DNA from: the human T2T-CHM13v2.0 reference genome, Homo sapiens
Strand: one strand, 5' to 3'
NCBI RefSeq assembly: GCF_009914755.1
Contig: NC_060926.1
Length of the DNA stretch: 64,000 nt
The translations under genes and the position numbers were made by a program. Under the pieces are notes generated by a model. It was given only the letters and a program-made list of their open reading frames with translations, was not told where the DNA came from and made no database searches. Below are positions 43,298-56,879 of the stretch, piece after piece; the stretch's first letter is position 1; the number at the start of each line of letters is the position of its first letter.

Positions 43298-45124
43298 TAG
43301 CACATGAGGTGTTACCTATCAATAAATCATCCATATATATCCATATATGGACTCCTGAGGTGGGGGAAGTTTCTTTAAGTTCTTTTGTAAATGCCTAGAG
43401 ATTATAGTTGGCAAATCTCTGAATCCCTGGGGGATGCATTGCCACCAATATGGAAAGCCTTCATAGGTAAACACAAAGAGATACCTTGGTTCCTCTGCTG
43501 AAGGTATAGAAAAGAAAGCTCAACATAAGTCTATTACTAAAATTAGTTAGGTCACACAATAGGAGGCTAAGAGGTTGAGTACTACAACTGTCAGACATAC
43601 CAAAAATATATTTCTATCAGATTTTGTAAAAATATGTAAGCAAGCTAAACTTCTTTGTCAGTTTCCCTTCCTTTTTCATAGGTAATATAGGAAGACTATT
43701 ACAAGGCAAATGTCCTTTCTTTATGATTCTCTTTCTAGTTCTCTAATTACAGGTTCAATTCCCCGTATTTGAGCTAGGGAGAGGATATAGCTTTACACAT
43801 GACCATAATTTTTCTTTGGTGTAAGCTACGACAGTAGGGTCAATCAAATGATAGACTTAATGAGTCAATGTGTTTAAGAAAGACTTCAGCAAACAAGGCC
43901 TCTTGTCTGACCGAAGATGGCTACACATCCTCCAATTTGCCCAGTGGAAAGGCTCACTCAAGGTGTCCCATCCTTGTCACCAAACTTGTGGGGGCAGAAA
44001 GGAAACCAACACCCAAAGGAACATGCCAATTCAAAAAATAGAGAATGATTAGATAATTCTATTATTTAGAAAAAACCTGAATGCATTCAGGTAGTCAGCA
44101 AGTGTCTACACAGCTATGGTAGATTTTTAGCTCTATTGTTATGGAATTAAAGCTACAGTTACTATCCCTCATTCCGTTTTTAGTAAACAGCCAGAAGCTA
44201 TTCAATTTGCATCAGTAGTTACGTTGAGTTTACCCTGATGGCCTGATTTTTATAATTCTTTATCAGGCTTACCCTGATGTTCTGCTATTATCATTCGTTA
44301 CCACTACCTCCTGTAACCGCCCAAAAGTGTCCCCACACACACGAGGGCATGTTCAGTTTCCCACACTCCACCTCAACAACTGGCACCAGAATCGGCCCAG
44401 TTGCTCAAGCCAAAATCTCAGGAGTCATCCTGGTTTTCTCTCTTGCCACCCTGTGGCCCCACATCCAATCCATCAGCAAAAAACAGCTGGGAGCTGGAAA
44501 GGCAAGACTCTCTTCCTGTGAGTCCTTCACACCGCCTGCACCTGTCTAAGCCACCATTCCACTCCCTTTCCCACCTACAGCCTGGTGATATCTCCCTTCT
44601 CCTCTGCCTTCCCTCTTTGCAGCTCAATCTTTCTTTCCCTAGGTTATCAATTGTATAATAAAGATTATAAAATCACTCTATCCCAATAAATATAGCTTCT
44701 ATCAGTCTTAATGACTGAAGCACCGCAGAATTCTCGGTTTGGAAGGGGGTTTTGCTGCTTAAAAAGTTTCAAAATCACTGCCAGAGGGAACCAGCAGCCC
44801 TTTTGTTGATAGCAGAGCCAGCTCCTCTCGCACGTGAATAAACAACCATAAATGAGACACGGCACATTTGAGCAGTCTTTTAAAATCATTTAAGCTTTAA
44901 AAATTATTTAAGACACGTTTGTTTTAAAAAAGCAATTCAAATCAAGCATTTGCAACATACCTACGATACCTCTATGGAGACTTAGCATCTACAAGACCCA
45001 GTTTGACAACTGCCAGCGCCAGGGAATAAGTGAAGTTTCTCAGCCCAAGTCACACAAGGCCCTAGCCAACCCACCTCTGCCTGCTCCCTGGGGCTCTCCT
45101 CTACCCCAGCCCTCTCTCCCTAAA

Positions 45125-46280
45125 GCCAGCGAGAGGCTCCGCGATTGTCCCCCCCAAATCCTTTCCCCCTTTTCGGGAATAGCAAGCGAGTCCAAGAGAT
45201 GAGGTCACGTGATGCCGTCCGACCAATCTGGTGTGAGCAGAGGCCCCCATTCTTCCGGGGAGAGGGGCGGGGGCGGGGCCGGGCCGGGAGCGGAAGGAGC
45301 AGGGGTGGACAGAACAGCCTGGGGAGGGGGCGGGGACAGGGCGAAGCAGGGAGGGGAGGGGGCGGGAACAGGGCCAGGTGGGGCGGGCGCGCGTGTGGGG
45401 GGGCGGGCGCGCGTGTCGGGGGCGGGCGCGCGTGTGGGGGGGCGGGCGCGCGTGTCGGGGGGCGGGCGCGGGGGCGGGCACAGCAGGCGCAGGGTCTTTC
45501 CCACATGCTGGGCTGCAGAGTGAGGAAAACCCATCCCGGAGGAAGCTGGCGGTTAGGCTGGCTGAAGGCATTCTGCATGATGAACACAACAGTTCTCAAA
45601 AAAGTAATGATGTCATACCAGAGCAGCAGGAGGGGGTGGTCTGTGACCATGTATGCTTGATAAATTCTGGATTTAAGCAAAGTAGGCCGGCTTCTTTGTC
45701 AATAGACGTATTGGGTTATTCCCGGGGGGGCTGCAGCCGGAGCACCTCCCACTCCTTCGCAGGGGTTATTTCTGAAGACCCCCTCTTGGAGGAGCTCTGC
45801 TAGGGCCCTGCGTGCACCTGCTGCCCTGGCATCCTGGCCAGCAGCTCCGCCAGGCTCTAGTGTGTATGGCCTGGGCTACCTCCCGGTACTGTCGCCGCAG
45901 GCCTTGGGACCCGTTCCCGCCGCGAGGCTCCCGAGGTAGCCCCGGCCTCCGGTTCTTCTCAGATAGCCCCGTCGTCCAGCCCCAGAAGCGGGCACTAATG
46001 CCTTCCCTGAACGCTGAAAGTTGTTGAATGGATATGGACAATGATTAGAATCATGTAGAAAACATTAAGTGATGGTCAGTATGTTCTGTTTGGGAAATAC
46101 TGAAATGTGCAACACAAGCTAGAAATAACAACATGCAGAACAGCACAACTTTGTAAGACCCGCGCTGAAGGAGGCAGCATTTGTGTGAGAGCGCCCGGCG
46201 CTGCCCAGAAGAGCTGGAACGCCCAAGGAAGGCCGCTGCTCAGCGCAGGACCCCTGGGCTCCCGGAAACGGGATAGCGTT
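45125..46280. promoter_or_regulatory. CpG-island promoter: E-box GTCACGTG (45204-45211), CCAAT box (45223-45227), multiple GC boxes
   Basis: High GC and retained CpG compared with the CpG-depleted flanks; GGGGCGGGG boxes at ~45264-45278 and ~45327-45335. Confidence 0.8.
45380..45479 (+). repeat. GC-rich minisatellite, ~19-20-bp unit GGGGGCGGGCGCGCGTGT, ~5 copies
   Basis: Directly visible tandem units. Confidence 0.92.
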
Positions 46281-46342
46281 GCTTATCTTTAAGGTAGGCT
46301 TGGGAAATACCTTGTTTCTCCGTAGTTTTGTGGGTGTATATA

Positions 46343-46675
46343 CAGATACTCCTTGACTTACCATGGGGGTTACATCCCAGTAAACCCATCGTAAGTTGAA
46401 AATACCATAGTCAAAGATGCATTTAATACACTTGACCTACCAAACATCATAGCTTAGTGTAGCCTGCTTTTAACGTGCTCAGAGTTAGGCAAAATCCTAC
46501 TTTATAGTTAAGTGTTGAATATCTCATGTCATTTATTGAATACTGTACTGAGAGTGAAAAAGAGAATGGTTGTGTGGGTACTCAAAGTAGAGTTTATATT
46601 GAGTGTGTATCACTATCACACCAGTAAGAAGTCAAAACATCATACGTCGAACCATCCTAAATTGGAAATTTGTGT
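46343..46675. mobile_element. MER47A-like Tigger MITE, followed by (TG)n
   Basis: ta|cagatactccttgacttaccatgggggttacatcccagtaaacccatcgtaagttgaaaat...cgtcgaaccatc. Confidence 0.75.
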
Positions 46676-46677
46676 GT

Positions 46678-46713
<36 letters not shown>

Positions 46714-46804
46714 TTTTTAACCGATAGGCAAGAGACACTTCCTAATGGCCTGTTTAATGACTCCAAATTACCTTGCGTCTCTTCATTGAGAAGGTGATTT
46801 AGTT

Positions 46805-47845
46805 TTCCCTAGGTGGTGAGGCACTATTTAAAAATTAATTTAAGCAACAACTCCAATAAACATGGGTTCATCTTTCAGTCTCTTATTAATCATATTCCAG
46901 AAAGAATTGAAGTTCTCTACCTGAGGCGTTTTGAAATTTTTTTCAATGTGGTTTTATGATAGTTATTTGAAATTACTTGACAGAGAGAAGACCATTTGTT
47001 ATAGTTTGTGTACCAAGAGAAGTTCCAAGTGTGCCCCTGTTAAATTCCTTGAAAAGTTTTCACCTCTTGGGACAGACACTTAAAAGAAACTGAATTGGGC
47101 CCTGGTCAATAATCAATTTAAAAAGCTCTAGTAACTGAGAAAGTAAAATTCCATTTGCTCGTATGCCTGTCTTGCAAAGATCTATCAAAACTCCATGTTC
47201 TATTGCCTTTCTTTGGAATGAGAGCTGGAGCAGCTGACAGGGAAATCAATTGGTCCCCACCCTATTAATGCTTAATTAACATCGAGCTTGCTAGCATGTG
47301 AGCGCTCCCATAGGAAGGAGGCCTTGTATCAAGAGGAGGGAGCTGTGAGCACTGGCTGCTGGGGGGCTTTTGCAAGCGGCCCCCATGGATGGAGCCCAAA
47401 GGTGGAACACAGTTGCCAGTACTTTCTGGCTGACCGTGACCCCTGCAGTGTCAGGATGAGCCATATCACACCACCAGTGTCACACCAGAAGGGCACGAGG
47501 CAGCAATTCATGTGTGGTTGCACCTGCCCACCTCCCCGAGGTGGTCAAGGAAGGGGCAACATCAGAGGACCACCACTGTGAAGCCTCTGAGAAGCCATTT
47601 TTACTTCCTGCCACTGCAAAGCTCAGAATTGTGAGAGAGCCAGAAAAACTGCTGTCACCGCACACCCCATCAGAAGTGACCATAAGGGTGTTGTCTCTGC
47701 TCCAGGACAGGAGGCCCCCACGATGTGGTTGCAATAAGTGGGTGGTCCCTATGGTTGATGGTCCCTAAGTGGTGAGGTACTATTTAAAAATTAGTTAAAG
47801 CGATAACTCCAATTAAAGTGGATTCATTTTCAGCCTCTTATTATA
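46805..47845 (+). repeat. Direct repeat pair ~85 bp (46805-46890 / 47763-47845)
   Basis: tccctaggtggtgaggcactatttaaaaattaatttaagcaacaactccaat vs tccctaagtggtgaggtactatttaaaaattagttaaagcgataactccaat. Confidence 0.85.
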
Positions 47846-48246
47846 TTCTTATTGAATACAATTTATTATTTCAATGTGATTCAATATTTCAACAATGGTA
47901 GTGTCTCACCAACCACAACATGGTTGAGCCCCTTCTGGAGGGACCTTAAGGGTGTTACCATAACCAGTGTCCCATTCCAGCTGATTGGGCCCCATCCTCA
48001 GTCCCTGCTCAAGGAGGCAACACGGCTATTTGTTGCCCAGGAGAAGCAGCTTTGTGCACCTGAGTGGGCATTATCCCCAAAAGTGGCCCATAAAGTCAGC
48101 GCCCCTGACCCCCGGCCCCGTGATGGTGAGCTCCTAAGGGCGTGAGACTCTCATGCCACTGGAGGGCTTGAACAGAGGCTTAGCTGAGTGGGCCTTTTCT
48201 GTGGCAACAAAGGGCCAGAGAAGGGCCATCAGGCTTGGAGAGGGCT

Positions 48247-51200
48247 TGCTTACATTAGACAGCTGAGATGAGACCAAAGGAAGTGGGGGGTGCACACAGC
48301 CCTGACACTGTGGGCCTTTGCCTGCATGCAGTCTCTGCCCTGCATGGGACAGCAGCTTCCTCCACCTACAATTCCTGCAAGTCTCCCATTCTCATGGGGT
48401 GCTTCCTTTGGCTTTTTGCTTTTAGGTTTGTTTTGTTTTGTTTTGTTTTAATTTTAAGAAAAACCTGTTCAGAGCATGGGTTAATTTGCTAAAGCAATCA
48501 GGATGATTCCTTCTGAGATTCAGGGTAGAGGGGGTCATAGAAATCATGGGCCGTTCAGAGGCAAGAGGACAGGAAGCGGGCACCATGAGAGATGGAGGGA
48601 GGGGCTCATCCTGAACATGTTCCAGCCCCAGCCCACAACATTCCTGCAAAACCCCTCCTGGAATAGGGGCCACCCTGAGCCTCTGTTCCTTGCCCCACAT
48701 AAGCTCAACCTTTACCAGAAGGACCACCAGATCCACGTTTGCCGGAGGGGGAGACCTACTGTTGGCTTGGACTCCAAGCAGGATGGAGGTCTTCCTGCCA
48801 ACAATGCCCACGGCACAGAAAGCAGAGATGGCGGGGCCAGGTCATGATGCTGAGGGGACAGAGATCCTACAGTGTTCACTGTGCAGAGGGCATGGAGCTC
48901 CAATGAGGACTGGGCCCCTAGAGGCCACGCAGGGGCAGGTGCCAAAGTAAAGAACGCTAAGACATAGGTGGTCCTGCAGTGGGAAGCTGGCATCCAGCAC
49001 CTCCACCAGGTAGGGTGTGGGGCATGAAAGAACCCAAGGAGCCAATGCAAGGACAAAGTCAATTCCAAACAGGCCACAACTACTCCTCTTGTTCCATGTT
49101 CTGATTTCCCAGGAATGGTCCAAGTTAACATCTGTCTTCCCAGTGTGATTTCATTTGCAGAATTGTCCTGGTTAAGATGATTAATCATATGATCTCTCTA
49201 TTTAAGGGAGATTGGCAGGTTCTTCATAGGGAAGATATTAGTTACTTATTGCTGCCTAAATAATTATCCCAAAATACCACAGCTTAAGTTCAGGCGTGGC
49301 TTAGCTGGGCAGCTTAAGTTCAAGGTGCCTCATGAGATCACAGTGACACTATCAGTCTCACTGAAGGCTCAGCTGTGGCAGAGGGTAGGGACCACTTCCA
49401 CGGGGTACTGCCATGGACTGCTGGACTGAGGGCCTCAGCTTTATACCATGGCAGTGGGCCTCTACACTTTGAGCCACTTTGGTGCCCTAGCACAGTGATC
49501 AGGAAGGGAGAGGGAGAACAGGAGAGCCCAAGACAGCCACAGTCTACTTATTACCCAATCTTGGGAGGGACATCCCATCATTTTGCCATATTCCATTCAC
49601 TGGATGTGAGTCTCTAAGTCCAACCCACACTCAAAGGGAGGAGATTACATGAGGGCCGAGAAGGTGGGGTCATTGGGGGGTGTGTTAGAAACCACCAACC
49701 ACCGTGAGTAAATGGGCTCTGGGCTCAGAACTTACCCATGGCAGTGCTTTGTGCCATACTGCACTGATCCCCCTTGATGCTTCTCACTCATTTCTGCTCC
49801 AGCTCGTTGCTGTTCCTCCTAGAGTTGCAGATTCAAGGGGCCTCACCAGTGACTGTGATGACTGTAAAACCCAGGCTTGTGGGTGCTATCTGGACACCAA
49901 GGAGACAGAGGCACATGGCACCACCCAGGACAAGCACTGAAGTTGGACTACCAGGTTCAAATCCCAGCTCCCCACCTTTAACTGTGTGACCGGGCCTTGG
50001 GGAAGTTATTTCAATTTTCTCTGCCCCCTGTCTATCAAGCATGGTGGTTGATAACACCTATTTTTCAGAACCACAGTGAGAATTGTGGAGATGCTCTATT
50101 TGAGATGTACAGGGTTCTCAGCTTACAGGCAGCACTCAGCGAATGTTAATTATCATTATCCAAAACTGGGATCCCCAGCAGGAGCAGCCCCAGCGCTCCC
50201 ATGAGGCTTGGTTCGACCTGAATGATTGACACTGCCAAGAGCAACATCACCTTCCCTCTCCAAGCCTGATGGCCCCTTCTCTGGGTCTCCGTCATGACAG
50301 AAGTGGCCCAGCCAGCTAACCCTCTGTCCAGGCCCTCCAGTGGCATGAGAGGTCCACTTTCCTGAGATGAGCCTCCAGCCATCTGGAACTAGCCTGTTCC
50401 TCCCTCCCTCTGTTCCTGCCCTCCCGAAGCCCACAGTCCCTCAGACCCGCAGTTTGGTCCCAGCTCCCTCACTGCACCCCACCTGATGCCATCTCTCCCA
50501 GCCATGCAGAGCAGAGCCCTGATGCCTGACCCAGAGCTGATGTTCCTTTCCGGGATGATATGAAGCATCAGAGAGGATGTTCCAGCCCTGGGGAAGCCCA
50601 GCATGATTGGTTCTTCCTCTAACAACATTTACACACTTGACATCATCCACTTAACATTTTATCGGTAAAGGAGCTATGGCAACATGAGCTCACCTGACTG
50701 AGAAGGAAACTGATTCCACTTATAAAAGGGAACTTGTAACAGCAACATGTGTTCCAAACCCAGGAGCACCTGGGCCTAAATCCTGCTCTCCTTCTTACTC
50801 CAGGCATAAGGAAGCCTGGCTGTTGCCAGCCTCTCACCTGCAGAAGATGCACCTCATAGCACCCTGGACAGGTGAACCAAGACACATCACTGAAGTGCCA
50901 ATACATGCACCCCTGAGGGCCCAAAGCCAACCTGAGGGCTCTGCCTGCCTGGCTCCCTGCACCCGAGTCCCCAGAAACGTGCTCACAGCACAGGGAGCTC
51001 CAGAGCCCAAGCCTCGGAGTGTTGGAAAACAACATCAACATGAGAAATGGGTGCTAGGAGTACCTTTGTAGGTGACATTAAAATGCTTACATTAGATAGC
51101 AGAGATGAGACCAAAGAAACTGGGGGGAGGGGGTGCCCCCAGCCCTGACACTGTGGGCCTTTGCCTGTATGCAGCCTTTGCCCTGCAAGGGACAGCAGCT

Positions 51201-51310
51201 TCCTCTGCCTATAATACCTGCAAGCCTCCCATTCTCATGGAGTGCTTCCTTTTGGCTTTTTGCTTTTAGGTTTCTTTTGTTTGTTTTTAATTTTAAGAAT
51301 AACCTGTTTG
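48247..51310 (+). repeat. Direct repeat pair ~225 bp (48247-48470 / 51084-51310)
   Basis: Shared tgcttacattaga..gagatgagaccaaag..cagccctgacactgtgggcctttgcctg..gtgcttcctttggctttttgcttttaggttt..aattttaagaa.aacctgtt. Confidence 0.9.
49235..49700 (-). mobile_element. MLT1-family MaLR LTR (degenerate)
   Basis: tattagttacttattgctgcctaaataattatcccaaaa...catattccattcactgg...aagggaggagattac. Confidence 0.6.
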
Positions 51311-51315
51311 GAGAG

Positions 51316-51867
<552 letters not shown>

Positions 51868-52017
51868 TCTGCTCTCCCTGCAAATCGCGTGTGCTGGTGA
51901 TGAGGGAGGCATGTGCAGTTCGTGAAAAAATAGGGTTTCTGATTTTCCACTCCTCAGGTACAGGGTGGGTGGGCCTGGGACTCCTGGTGAAGCCCTCTAC
52001 AGGCAGGGTCATATCCT

Positions 52018-52123
52018 ACCCTCAGGCTGGTGGGCAGGGCACACTCCACCCTCAGGCTGGTGGGCAGGGCACACTCCACCCTCAGGCTGGTGGGCAGGGT
52101 GGCCCTCAGTCTCAGGATGGTGG
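52018..52123 (+). repeat. 30-bp tandem repeat accctcaggctggtgggcagggcacactcc, ~3.5 copies
   Basis: Two identical units plus degenerate units. Confidence 0.9.
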
Positions 52124-52623
52124 ATGGGGGCAGACCCCCACCATTAGGCAGCGAACATGTGGGAAGACAGAAGAAAGAGGAAGGAAAGGCACTGAACATG
52201 TCCACCAGGGTATTGCCCAGGCCAGCATATTTGCAGGGTTAGTTTGTCCCCTCTGTCAGGAGGGGTCTTCAGCCCCTGGGGAAGTAAGGTGCCTAAGCTC
52301 TCACAGCTGATAAGTGGCAGTTCTTGCAGATGAGTCTGAGCTAGGTGCTAATGCCTCAGTGCTCATTTTTCCAGGCTCTGCACCACCAAGACCTTACTCA
52401 GGTGTGTCCAGGCCAGCATTTCCCAAGGGCATCTAGAGATCACTGTGATCACTGGTTGTTGATGTTCATTTCCCCCACTAGTGTCTAAGCCATATGAAAT
52501 TCATATTATTTCTCAAATCTGGCTCTCCCACATACTGCCTGTGTGACTGCGGGGACATCCCAGAGCCTCTCCAAGCCTCTTTTCTTATCTATAAAATGAG
52601 ATGGTAATAATAACATTGACCTC

Positions 52624-52902
<279 letters not shown>

Positions 52903-53909
52903 TCACAAGGCTGTTGTGAGCATTAAAGGTCTCCATCCACGTAAAGCACTTATAAAACTGTCAAGCCCATAATAAGTACTCAATAAATGTCAGCTGTTAA
53001 TATTGTTATCTGAAAATTCTGCCTCTAACCTGAGTTCTTAATTGGGTTTACTTTTAAAGGGATCAAATCTAGTTCTCCTTGAGCACTTCATATACAAAGA
53101 ATGCAGAATGAAAGGGCCCATGAGAACACGTGGTCAAACCTTTTCCTCTGGAGGACAAAGGTGCTTGACTGAAGCCACACAGCCAGTTGTCCACTCTCTG
53201 GGCTCCCAGGAACTTGCAAGCCTTACTGCCTGGAGCATCCTTTCCCTGAGAAGGACACAGGCAGCTCTCTTAGCAGTGTGTAGAATTTATTACTTTTTTG
53301 TTTTACTTGGTTTGTTTAGGGTTTATATCTTTTCTCTTCTTACTCCAGACAAAAGTTGCTTGAGAAGGCAGAAAAGAGATGGAGAAAGTTGGGGCCAACC
53401 AGTCCGAGCTTCTGCCAGTTCAGTCCCAGGCAGACAGTTGTTGGCCTGGATAGGGAAGCCAGCAGCCATAGAGCCCTCAGAAGCAGCAAGAAGTAAGAGA
53501 AGCGTGAGGGCTTCGGGGTTTGGTAGACCTAGGCACAGACCCTCCAGCACATGTGAGCTGTGTGATTATGGCACCATCCAGAGGCTGCCTGGGGTTTTAC
53601 TCCCCAGGGTTCCTCATACCCTCTGGCCTGGCTGTTAGCCCCACAACTGAGGAAAGCATTGTCACAGGTACCAGGAGTTAAATTCTTGGCTTTTACATTT
53701 TGGAAGTTTAAGCTCAGGGAAGGAACAAGAGATTTGGAAGATATGAGAAAGACTAGAGCAAATTCTCTCTTCTCTCCCTGCAATAGAAATTATTTCCTAA
53801 ACTGAGGAAAGAGACGAAACCAGAGGAAAAAAAGAAGAGAAAATTTAAGCAATAAGAAAATGTAATTTTTAAAAAATATATGACATTTGTTAGAGATAAA
53901 ACATGTAAG

Positions 53910-54859
53910 TGTTGACAAAGAAGAGTCAGACTCTAAAATATTCGAAGAGATTTATTCTGAGCCAAATATGAGTGACCAATGACCTGTGACACAGCCCTCA
54001 GGAGATCTGAGAACATGTGTCCAAAGTGGTTGGATTACATCTTGGTTTTATACAATTTAGAGAGACAAAAGACATCAATCAGTACATGTAAGATGTACAC
54101 TGTTCGGTCCAGAAATGTGGAACAACTCAAAGCAAGGGCTTCCGGGTCATAGGCAGATTTAAAGGTTTTCTGATTGGCAATTGGTTGAGTTATTATCTAA
54201 AGACCTGGAATCAATAGAAAGGAATGTCTGTCTTGTGATAAGGGGTTGTGGAGATCAAAGTTTTATCATGCACATGAAGCCACCAGGTAGGAGGCTTCAG
54301 AAAGAATAGACTGTAGCTGTTTCTTTCAAATGTTAAAAGCCTGGCCAGGCACGGTGGGTCATGCCCATAATCCTAACACTTTGGGAGGCCAAGGCGGGTG
54401 GATCATCTGAGGTCAGGAGTTTGAGACCAGCCTGGCCAGCATGGTGAAACCTCGTCTCTACTAAAAATACAAAACTTAGCCAGGTGTGGTGGTGCACACC
54501 TGTAATCCCAACTACTCAGGAGGCTGAGGAAGAAGAATTACCTGAACCCAGGAAGTGGAGGTTGCAGTGAGCAGAGATGGCACCACTGCACTCCAGCCTG
54601 TGTGACAGGAACAAGACTCCATCTCAAAAAAAAAAAAAAAAGCATCTGTTTTATCAATCTTAAGATCTCTGTTTTAATGTTAATGCTGGTGAGTTGGGCC
54701 TGAATTCCAAAATGGATGAGGGTATAATGAGGCATCTCCAACTCACCATTCCCATCATGGCCTGAACTAGTTTTTCAGGTTAACTTTGGAGTGCCGTTGG
54801 CCAAGACAAGGGGTCCACTTAGATGGTTGGGGGTCTTAGAATTTTATTTTTGGTTTATA
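53910..54859 (-). mobile_element. MER4-family ERV1 solo LTR with internal Alu (54343-54641)
   Basis: tgttgacaaagaagagtcagactct...ttagaattttatttttggtttata; 4-bp TSD taag. Confidence 0.85.
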
Positions 54860-56879
54860 TAAGGTACATAGGAATTAACCTAAAACATAATATTCAAGAC
54901 ATATATAAAGAAAATTACTAAAAATGGTGAGATAAAATAATGAACTAAATGGAGAACTATACCAAGTTCATGAATAGAAAGACTCACTATTATAGAGGTC
55001 AGTCCTGTCCAAACTGAACTATAGATTCCATAAGTCACAATCAAAATTCCAATTGGATTTTGAAGGAATTTGACAAGTTGGTTCTAAAACTTAGAAGAGG
55101 AAAAGCCAAAGAATTCATAAAGACTTTTGCACAACCAGGCAGCTACACAGCTTCACGCCACCAGCCATCCCCTCCCCCACTTCCTTCCATGGTAGGCACT
55201 CATTCCTTACTCGCCTGGATCAGCAGCCTCTCAGGTCACAACACACTCTCAGGCCCCATGCACCTGTCCTTGCAACTATCTCTCCTATGGGGCCCTCCAT
55301 TGAACATGCCCTCTAAGCCTTGGCTGTGGAGGGTGAAGGATCTCACTTCACTCCATCTCTGGGCAGGCTGTCTGTAGGCCAGGCACACTCATCCTGAAGG
55401 AGCTCACAATGTGGGAGCACATCACCACACCTAGAGTAGGGAGGTGAATGGCAAGAGCACAGGCTGAACACAGCCCCAGGAAATGCTCCTGGGGACAGGG
55501 CCAGCCCAAGGAGGAGGTTATCCTAAGAGCAGTGGGGGGTCCAGGGAAGGATTTTCAGGAAGGTGGTGATGGGTCAAATGTTTAAAGATGCTAGGCATGG
55601 AAGGCTCACTGTCGTCATCAGCAGTAGAAGCAGGCAGGTGTCTGGGACCATGCATAGCCAGTAGGACAGACATGGGCATCTGCAGGCCCTCTGAATGCCC
55701 CCTTGGCACCAGGAGATCTGTGGATGAGACCAACAGGCAGCCAGACCCTAGGTAGGCATGCCAAGGCACAGCCCCAGCCCACCCAGGAGGAAGCCCCTGG
55801 AGGAGGCTCTTCCCTCCACCTGGACAGAGTGGGTGTGACTCTGCTACTGTTCTGTTGACAAGCGCCTCTCAAATTTGAAAGGGCAGAGGCTGGAGAAATA
55901 AATTATACAGAATATCACCATGTGCTCCCAGATTGGAAGCATTCAGAGGTTGCTAATCATAATAAATTAATGTAAAAAAAAATCTCAGTGGGGTCCTATA
56001 GGCTGCTTCAAACACAGCCTTGTCCTCAGTGTGGGTGCCTGAGTTTTCCCGTGGCTGTGACATCCAAGTGATGTTTAGCAATAATATGCAATGTAAGATT
56101 TTGTTTATGTAGAGGGAATTTTGTTTCAGAGGCCTGAATACTCCCTTGACCCCACAGCAGGGCCCATGGGGCTCCGTTCACATAGGGTGAAGCCAGCATC
56201 CTGTGTGCACAACCAGCAAAACACACCCAGACCTGTGGACAACTCGCCTCCTGATTCCCAGAGACAATTCCAGGAGACCTGGCAGCCCTCCAGGCATGGT
56301 TGGTGATGGTGTGCATGGAAGCTTCTGAGCCCATGAAGAGTGATAGAGGGGGGTCTGGCCAATCTGATCCCACACCCAGCTTCAGTGATCAATGAGTGCT
56401 TGACCTCTCTGGGTCTGTGACTCTCTGCATTTCAGGGATGTGCCTATGTACCTCCCAGGGCCGTTGTGAGGACTCAATGTCGATGTTCCTGGAAGCAGCT
56501 GCCTGAGACATGCTCAGCAAAGGTCCACACTGCCTCCTTCCTTCCACTCCCCACTGCTTTGACACACTTAGCACATCTCGTTCCTCTGAGTGGTCCCAGG
56601 AAGATACCCAGAGCTGTGGGGGCTGTTCTTGCAGGGCAGGCTCTGATCCTTGTCATCACTGTCTCCAGAGGAGCTCAAGCACTGGGTGAAGGCTAGGGTG
56701 AAGCTGATCTCACCCCATCTCCTCAGTCCTCACACACAAGTCAGTTGGACATGCAGATTCCACAGGCCTGATGTCATCTAACAAGCTGAAGTTTCCCCTG
56801 GGATTCAGCAATCCAAGGCTCTTCCTGAACAAAGCCCTCCCATTCAGTCTATAACACTCTGCCTCTGTCCTCTCAAACT

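Noticed and set aside
45101-46041. Overlapping 90-190 aa ORFs on both strands at the CpG island
   Set aside because: Explained by high GC and the minisatellite; no recognisable protein family.
53042-53638. 198-aa ORF
   Set aside because: Non-ATG start, no homology or domain signature, no exon context.
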